A stretch of DNA of 64,000 nucleotides from a virus: IMG/VR virus record IMGVR_UViG_3300004881_000001, positions 1-64,000 of that record. One strand, written 5' to 3'. Below the pieces are notes generated by a model. That model was not told where the DNA came from and did not search any database. It was given only the letters and a program-made list of their open reading frames with translations. The first letter of the stretch is position 1. Each line of letters begins with the position of its first letter. Shown in pieces: positions 59,197-64,000 of the stretch. The position numbers and the translations under genes were made by a program.

Positions 59197-60078
59197 ATGT
59201 GCGAAAAATGTGGAGACGATTGCTTCAATAAGTGTATAATAACTATTCCTGAAGGACCCGTGGGGGAGTCAGGCCTAGAGGGAGCTGTTGGACAAGAAGG
59301 TCCTCCTGGTCAAGACGGCCAAGATGGAAATGACGGACTTGACGGGCTTGATGGGAATGATGGACAAGATGGTAATGATGGAGCTGACGGGCTTGATGGG
59401 AATGATGGACAAGATGGTAATGATGGAGCTGACGGGCTTAATTTCCACCAAGGTAACGGAGTACCTTCCCCAGCTTTTGGCGAGGAGAATGAAAGTTATT
59501 TAGACGCTCTTACAGGAGACATTTACAAAAAAATAGGAGGGTCTTGGATCTTAACTGGTAGTATCAGTAATTACGTAGGAGGGAGTTCTACTACGGAGAA
59601 GAATATAGATTGTTATGGGTTCTCCGCCTATAAAACAACAGACCAACCTACTATAACTGCAGCCGACTACCAAGAAGATTTTCTAATTTTTGAGGACGAT
59701 ATAAACGCTCCTTATTATGACAATGGTAACTGTATGTTTATTACTAAGTATATCGTGCCTAAAGAAGGACTACCTCAACGATTTGTTCTGGAGAATTTAG
59801 TAATAACTATGGATGCTGACTATTTTAATGACTTGACAATTACGTTGGCTATAAGAGCAAATACCACTGTACTAGCTTCCGAAGTTATAGTATTTGATCC
59901 ATCCTCTTCTGGGGAAGAAATTTTAGTACCTACGTTATCAACTTCAGAAGTAACTTTAAATAAAGGGGATATTGTAAATGTTATAGTACAGTCTATAGCA
60001 CTTGGGGGAACCCCTATAGGGGAAGCACTAACTACTCTCAAAGCGGGAGCTAAGTTTAGTAATACTTTTGGGGATTAA
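59197..60078 (+). CDS. collagen-like repeat tail fibre protein
   Basis: About 20 consecutive G-X-Y triplets (GESGLEGAVGQEGPPGQDGQDGNDGLDGLDGNDGQDGNDGADGLDGNDGQDGNDGADGL). Confidence 0.7.
   Translation: MCEKCGDDCFNKCIITIPEGPVGESGLEGAVGQEGPPGQDGQDGNDGLDGLDGNDGQDGNDGADGLDGNDGQDGNDGADGLNFHQGNGVPSPAFGEENESYLDALTGDIYKKIGGSWILTGSISNYVGGSSTTEKNIDCYGFSAYKTTDQPTITAADYQEDFLIFEDDINAPYYDNGNCMFITKYIVPKEGLPQRFVLENLVITMDADYFNDLTITLAIRANTTVLASEVIVFDPSSSGEEILVPTLSTSEVTLNKGDIVNVIVQSIALGGTPIGEALTTLKAGAKFSNTFGD
59341..59440 (+). repeat. perfect 45-bp tandem duplication (2.2 copies) inside the collagen-like region
   Basis: 59341..59385 = 59386..59430 (gacgggcttgatgggaatgatggacaagatggtaatgatggagct), then a partial third copy. 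Confidence 0.9.
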
Positions 60079-60676
60079 TATGGTAGAGCGAGATTTTTCA
60101 AATACCATTCTAGAACTTCAAGAGGGGTTAACTACTTTAGTGAAGAAGGTAGAGAAAGCTTTGTCTCTAAACGGTAAATGCTCTAAGAAATTACAGCAAG
60201 AACTTTCTTCTGTAATTTCTATTATAAACATATTCTATAGGTACAAAACTTTTACTTCTGAAGTTACAAACGCAGCTAAAATAGAGTTTTCATCTATAGA
60301 GGCTACAGGAAACCCTTTAGGTTTAGATATAATAGTTAACGGAGTAACTATAGGTAGTTTTTCGGCAGAGTTTAAATCTATAAGTGCTACTATAAAAGAA
60401 CTGTCTAACAATATAAACAGCGGTACAGATACTCATAATTATTTATCTGAGTATTGTGGGGATGTTTTATATATTTATTCGTACGACTCTTCAGTTTCGT
60501 TTTCTCATTTACCTACAATAACGACTACGTCTGGAAATACTACTACAACTATAACTACCTTACAAAATACAACTTGTGAAATACTGAATTTATGGAATTG
60601 TTTAAAATTAGAGGATTTATGCGTTTTGCAAAACTATTTATTAAAAATATATCAAAAACACGGATGTCTAAGATGA
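60068..60676 (+). CDS. hypothetical virion-module protein (202 aa)
   Basis: ORF track. Confidence 0.55.
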   Translation: MGINMVERDFSNTILELQEGLTTLVKKVEKALSLNGKCSKKLQQELSSVISIINIFYRYKTFTSEVTNAAKIEFSSIEATGNPLGLDIIVNGVTIGSFSAEFKSISATIKELSNNINSGTDTHNYLSEYCGDVLYIYSYDSSVSFSHLPTITTTSGNTTTTITTLQNTTCEILNLWNCLKLEDLCVLQNYLLKIYQKHGCLR

Positions 60677-61260
60677 AAAAAGTTACCTATAATAAATTAA
60701 AGAAAGTGGTTGAGAGTAAAGGATACAAATTTTTTACTGGAAAGTTGAATGTGAATTTAATAGGAGTTAGGACTGAGAGAGTTGCTACTAATGAATGGGA
60801 CGATAGCTTGTATGTAGCCTACGAAGATGAGGCTGGGAAAAAAGTAGTTATAAACTTTGGAGAGTTTACTACAGACCCAGGTTTTAAATATCTACAAGAA
60901 ACTTTACTAAATAAGTTAGGTTGCGCAATTCTTAAAGAAGACCAGCATAGAGGAATTTGGCAACTAGGAAAGCACCAAGGTAAATACAGCGCACTAGTTC
61001 AGAGAAAGGCTTGTGAAGTCTATAGAGATAAAAATAGAGACACTATCCTAGATACAGGCGTTTTAATGTTTGGTATTTTTGGGATTAATCTACACCACGG
61101 AGCAAGTAGAGAGGAAGTCGGGCCGTATTCAGCAGGTTGCCAAGTATTAAAAAAGGAAAAAGATTTAGAAAAACTTTTGGATATTTGTAAAAAATCAGCT
61201 ACCTTGTATGGAAATTCGTTTTCTTACACCCTTTTATTAAAAGAGGATCTTAACATATGA
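60673..61260 (+). CDS. cell-wall hydrolase / endolysin candidate, YkuD-like (L,D-transpeptidase fold) signature
   Basis: NLIGVRT...WDDSLYVAY...FTTDPG...GIWQLGKHQGKYSALVQ...VYRDKNRD...GINLHHG...VGPYSAGCQV (His ... S-x-G-C). Start moved to ATG 60673 (ATGA overlap). Confidence 0.5.
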   Translation: MKKVTYNKLKKVVESKGYKFFTGKLNVNLIGVRTERVATNEWDDSLYVAYEDEAGKKVVINFGEFTTDPGFKYLQETLLNKLGCAILKEDQHRGIWQLGKHQGKYSALVQRKACEVYRDKNRDTILDTGVLMFGIFGINLHHGASREEVGPYSAGCQVLKKEKDLEKLLDICKKSATLYGNSFSYTLLLKEDLNI

Positions 61261-61841
61261 TAACTAAAAAAACAATGAGTAGTTTATTAAAAATAGTAGG
61301 AGTACTTTTTATAGTAGTTCTAGGGATAAAACAATGCTCTAAGGATAAACACTATAATCCAGTGATTAAGGAGGAAACTAAAGTTATTTATAAAACACAT
61401 GTAGACACAGTTTCTTTCTACGATACTATACCTAAAATTGTAGAGATACCTATATTAGTACCAGACACTGTTAAAGTATATGACACTACTTATTATGTGT
61501 ATAATAATAAAGTAGAGGACTCTCTTATATCAGGAAGTATTTATTCTAAGGTTAGAAAAGATGGCACTTTAGTTAAGCAGAAACTAACCTATAAACCTAA
61601 ATTCCCTAAATACATTCGTAAAGTAGACAGTGTTTTTATTAAAACTACTAGAACTATAAAGGAGTTTAAATGGTCTATTTATGGAGGTACAAAGATAAAT
61701 TCAGGGGATAGGCTGACTATTTCTCCTACTATGACTGTTAAAACTAAGAAGGATAGACTATTCTCAGTAGGGTATAATGTAAATAGGAAGGAAGTTGAGG
61801 TAGGCGCGCAATTACGAATATTACAAAAAAGAAATAAATAA
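61257..61841 (+). CDS. membrane-anchored protein in the lysis cluster (194 aa)
   Basis: N-terminal TM SLLKIVGVLFIVVLGI; ATGA overlap with the endolysin candidate. Confidence 0.55.
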   Translation: MITKKTMSSLLKIVGVLFIVVLGIKQCSKDKHYNPVIKEETKVIYKTHVDTVSFYDTIPKIVEIPILVPDTVKVYDTTYYVYNNKVEDSLISGSIYSKVRKDGTLVKQKLTYKPKFPKYIRKVDSVFIKTTRTIKEFKWSIYGGTKINSGDRLTISPTMTVKTKKDRLFSVGYNVNRKEVEVGAQLRILQKRNK

Positions 61842-62197
61842 TGAAAAATATAATATCTAGATTAAAGTATGGAGACCCAGAACTAGTTGAAGTTATTTTA
61901 GTAGTATTATTAATAACACTAGGGTTTGATACTTTGAAAGTTTCGGGCAATTTTTTTGTGCCTATTTTAATTTGGATACTAGGTTTATCGCAATTAATAA
62001 GTGTTTTAGCGGATTTTCTAAAAATTAAAGTTGTTTTAAGTTTGATTATTGGGATATTTTTCGTATATTTAGGGTTTACATTAATAAAAGACTTTAAAGT
62101 TATACACAGTGGGGTGTTTTGGTTTATAAAAGGGTTGTTTTCCTTTTGGTGTGTGTACAGAGTTCAAAGTGAGTTAACCCTAAATAAGAAGAAGTAA
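61841..62197 (+). CDS. holin candidate (118 aa, 3-4 TM)
   Basis: Hydrophobic segments LVEVILVVLLITLGF, FFVPILIWILGLSQLISVL, VVLSLIIGIFFVYLGFTLI and FWFIKGLFSFWCVY; adjacent to the endolysin candidate. Confidence 0.4.
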   Translation: MKNIISRLKYGDPELVEVILVVLLITLGFDTLKVSGNFFVPILIWILGLSQLISVLADFLKIKVVLSLIIGIFFVYLGFTLIKDFKVIHSGVFWFIKGLFSFWCVYRVQSELTLNKKK

Positions 62198-62198
62198 G

Positions 62199-62534
62199 AT
62201 GGAAGAAACCTTAGCAAATCCAGATAAGTGGAGCGTACTTTATGCGCTTGTTTCCTTTTTAATTGGAGGAGGTTTATTAAAGCTGGTCCAATTTATAAGT
62301 AAAAATAAAAAAGAAAAAACAGAGGAGCTTAAAGAGGACGGGCTTGCTTTTAGAGCAAATCTTATAGGTAGGATACAGGACTTAGAAGCTAAAGTTAAAA
62401 TTAGCGACGAACAATTGCAAGAAAATATGCAAAGAATAATAGAACTATCTAAAGAGAATTCAGCTTTAGAGGTGAAAGTAGAAGCTTTAGACAGGGAAAA
62501 CAAAGCTTTAAAGAAGAGGTTAAATAATAAATAA
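62199..62534 (+). CDS. TM plus coiled-coil protein (111 aa), spanin- or antiholin-like
   Basis: TM VLYALVSFLIGGGLLKLVQFI followed by coiled coil LEAKVKISDEQLQENMQRIIELSKENSALEVKVEALDRENKALKKRL. Confidence 0.5.
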   Translation: MEETLANPDKWSVLYALVSFLIGGGLLKLVQFISKNKKEKTEELKEDGLAFRANLIGRIQDLEAKVKISDEQLQENMQRIIELSKENSALEVKVEALDRENKALKKRLNNK

Positions 62535-62542
62535 ATATAAAA

Positions 62543-63016
62543 ATGGTGAGAGAATTAACAAATGAAGAACTAGAAAGATTACTAGTAGGCGTGGACGCAG
62601 CCTTTAGAAGCGGTAAAAGTCCTATTAAAACTCCTTTAAAGGAAGCTGCGGAAGCTGTTAAGCCTTTGGTTGAGAAGTACGCTAAGGAGCGAGATATACT
62701 ATTCAACGAGTACGTAGAAGTTACAGATAAAATGACTCCTAAAGTAAAGGAAGACGTTATTAAACTGCAAAAGCCTTCTCATTTATTAACTTACGAGGAT
62801 TTTGATTATAAGGATGAGGATAAATTTTACGATTTATTAGAGAAATTATCTAATATGAAATCTTCTGTGGAAATTCCACAAGTAGATAAAGATAGGGCAG
62901 TTATTATAACAACCCCTGAAGGTGAGGAGAAAGTACCTATGATAGACTACCTAGAGATGTCTACTTCAGTACCTCCTAATTTGGCGATTTTTATTAATGA
63001 ATATTTTATAAAGTAA
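62543..63016 (+). CDS. hypothetical protein (157 aa)
   Basis: ORF track. Confidence 0.55.
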   Translation: MVRELTNEELERLLVGVDAAFRSGKSPIKTPLKEAAEAVKPLVEKYAKERDILFNEYVEVTDKMTPKVKEDVIKLQKPSHLLTYEDFDYKDEDKFYDLLEKLSNMKSSVEIPQVDKDRAVIITTPEGEEKVPMIDYLEMSTSVPPNLAIFINEYFIK

Positions 63017-63972
63017 TGGGAAAGAAGGAACTTAAAAAATTACTGAAAGAGAGGCAAGGCTATTTAAAGTCTGGAACCCCTAAGTTATCTATATTATTTG
63101 GAGTAACTAGGGAAGAAGCTAAACAAGCTGTTAAGGAAGTTAAGAAAGAACTTGCTACGACGGATAACGGTAAACCTAGTCACATAGAGACAGCTTTGTG
63201 GAAAGAGTTTACTCAATGGAAGAAAAAGAAAGTAAAGAAGTCTAAAACTAAATTCAAGGGCAGAGGTAAATTACCTAAACCTTTCTTAGGAGGAGATATA
63301 GGCAATGTTTTAATTGTGGGGGATATTCATGAGCCTTTTTGCTTAAAAGAGTATTTGTTTTTCTGCCGAGAGGTACAAGAGTTGCATAATTGCGGTACGG
63401 TTGTGTTTATAGGAGATTTAGTAGATAATCATTTTAGCTCTTACCATGAAAGTGAGCTAGAGGCTTACGGACCTAATGAGGAGTTTGACCTAGCTGCTGC
63501 TAAGATAGCAGAGTGGTATAAGGTTTTTCCTGAAGCCTATGTTACTATAGGAAATCATGATAGACTAGTTCATAGAAAGTGTAAGACAGCGGGATTGTCA
63601 GATAGATGGCTAAAATCTTATGGGGAAGCGTTAAAAACCCCTAATTGGGAATACATAGATAGTGTAGACCTTTACGGGGTTAACTACAATCATGGTGAGG
63701 GAGGAACTGCTAAAACAAGAATGAAGAATGAATTTCAGTCTCAAGTTCAAGGGCATTTACATAACCAAGCTTATGTAGATTTCTCCGTAGGAAGTAGGCA
63801 TATAATATTTGGTATGCAAGTAGGTTGTGGTATAGATGGTAAAGCTTATGCGTTTTCTTACGGTAAAAACTATAAGAAATCTTTTATAGGTTGTGGGGTA
63901 GTTAAAAATAAAGGAACATTACCTTTAATTTTACCTATGAATCTAGAAACTAAATATAGTTCAAAAACTTAA
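63016..63972 (+). CDS. calcineurin-like metallophosphoesterase with basic N-terminal extension
   Basis: LIVGDIHEP ... FIGDLVDNH ... IGNHD ... GHLH motifs in canonical order; N-terminal ~90 aa is K-rich. Confidence 0.75.
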   Translation: MGKKELKKLLKERQGYLKSGTPKLSILFGVTREEAKQAVKEVKKELATTDNGKPSHIETALWKEFTQWKKKKVKKSKTKFKGRGKLPKPFLGGDIGNVLIVGDIHEPFCLKEYLFFCREVQELHNCGTVVFIGDLVDNHFSSYHESELEAYGPNEEFDLAAAKIAEWYKVFPEAYVTIGNHDRLVHRKCKTAGLSDRWLKSYGEALKTPNWEYIDSVDLYGVNYNHGEGGTAKTRMKNEFQSQVQGHLHNQAYVDFSVGSRHIIFGMQVGCGIDGKAYAFSYGKNYKKSFIGCGVVKNKGTLPLILPMNLETKYSSKT

Positions 63973-63978
63973 GAATAT

Positions 63979-64000
63979 ATGGCAAGCTTAAACCAACTGA
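63979..64000 (+). CDS. start of a further ORF (MASLNQL...), truncated by the window end
   Basis: ATG 6 nt after the previous stop; only 7 codons are visible. Confidence 0.25.

Noticed and set aside
36024-62706. Minus-strand track ORFs inside the rightward arm: 36024..36206, 36547..36771, 37268..37504, 37960..38154, 38327..38602, 40038..40355, 41035..41283, 42513..42785, 43092..43376, 45502..45774, 49118..49390, 50648..50830, 51434..51862, 52202..52615, 53921..54202, 54180..54374, 55893..56111, 57622..57804, 59820..60041, 61744..61950, 62240..62503, 62449..62706. Also the plus-strand out-of-frame 59288..59503.
   Set aside because: - They are antisense or out-of-frame shadows of well-supported genes, for example S-rich mirrors of the acidic scaffold gene and an M/D-rich alternative frame of the collagen repeat.
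- 37268..37504 and 37960..38154 lie in the non-coding locus. 37268..37504 starts at a non-ATG codon (TTG). Both run against the flanking promoters.
1-64000. Looked for a CRISPR array, rRNA, an integrase/excisionase/repressor module, transposases and homing endonucleases.
   Set aside because: - No regularly spaced identical repeats with unique spacers were found. The conserved-loop hairpins have variable stems and gene-sized, irregular spacing.
- No tyrosine or serine recombinase, HNH, GIY-YIG or LAGLIDADG motif was recognised in any ORF by eye.
- This needs confirmation by HMM search.

Overview
This window looks like most of the genome of a tailed dsDNA phage that infects a Bacteroidota (Flavobacteriia-type) host. 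I saw no integrase or lysogeny module, no rRNA, no convincing tRNA and no CRISPR array. The host assignment rests on four things read from the sequence: many intergenic matches to the Bacteroidota promoter consensus TTTG-N19-21-TAnnTTTG, A-rich translation starts with no Shine-Dalgarno sequence, lipoprotein and signal peptides, and one protein with a T9SS-like C-terminal sorting domain.

The genes form two divergent arms that meet in an ~0.8 kb gene-free control region (about 34.4-35.2 kb).

- **Leftward arm (minus strand, 1-34604):** nucleotide metabolism and replication genes. These include the RNR large subunit, a family A DNA polymerase, a DnaB-like helicase, an SF2 helicase, a Toprim primase, a FEN/5'-3' exonuclease, an ERF recombinase, an SSB-like protein, a RusA-like resolvase, a dNMP-kinase-like protein, an RNA ligase, a PP-lambda-like phosphatase and an AAA+ ATPase. 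Many small accessory genes are interspersed.
- **Rightward arm (plus strand, 35232-64000):** small early genes, a ~1 kb apparently non-coding locus, a GroES-like/GroEL-like chaperonin pair, large terminase, portal, scaffold-like and capsid-like proteins, a beta-helix tailspike, a collagen-like fibre, a lysis cluster and a second metallophosphoesterase.

The most unusual signal is a family of repeated intergenic elements confined to three islands of small genes (7.4-10.5 kb, 22.0-23.0 kb, 31.7-33.0 kb). It has three components:

- 82-bp promoter-plus-hairpin repeats.
- Eight hairpins with variable stems but one invariant loop (GTTTTAATG on the transcribed strand).
- Imperfect palindromes bracketed by GCTAAC...GTTAGC that sit directly behind the stop codons of small genes. 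This resembles integron attC sites and T4-type PeSL cassettes, but no recombinase is visible in the window.

All functional calls come from motifs read by eye. No database search was run.
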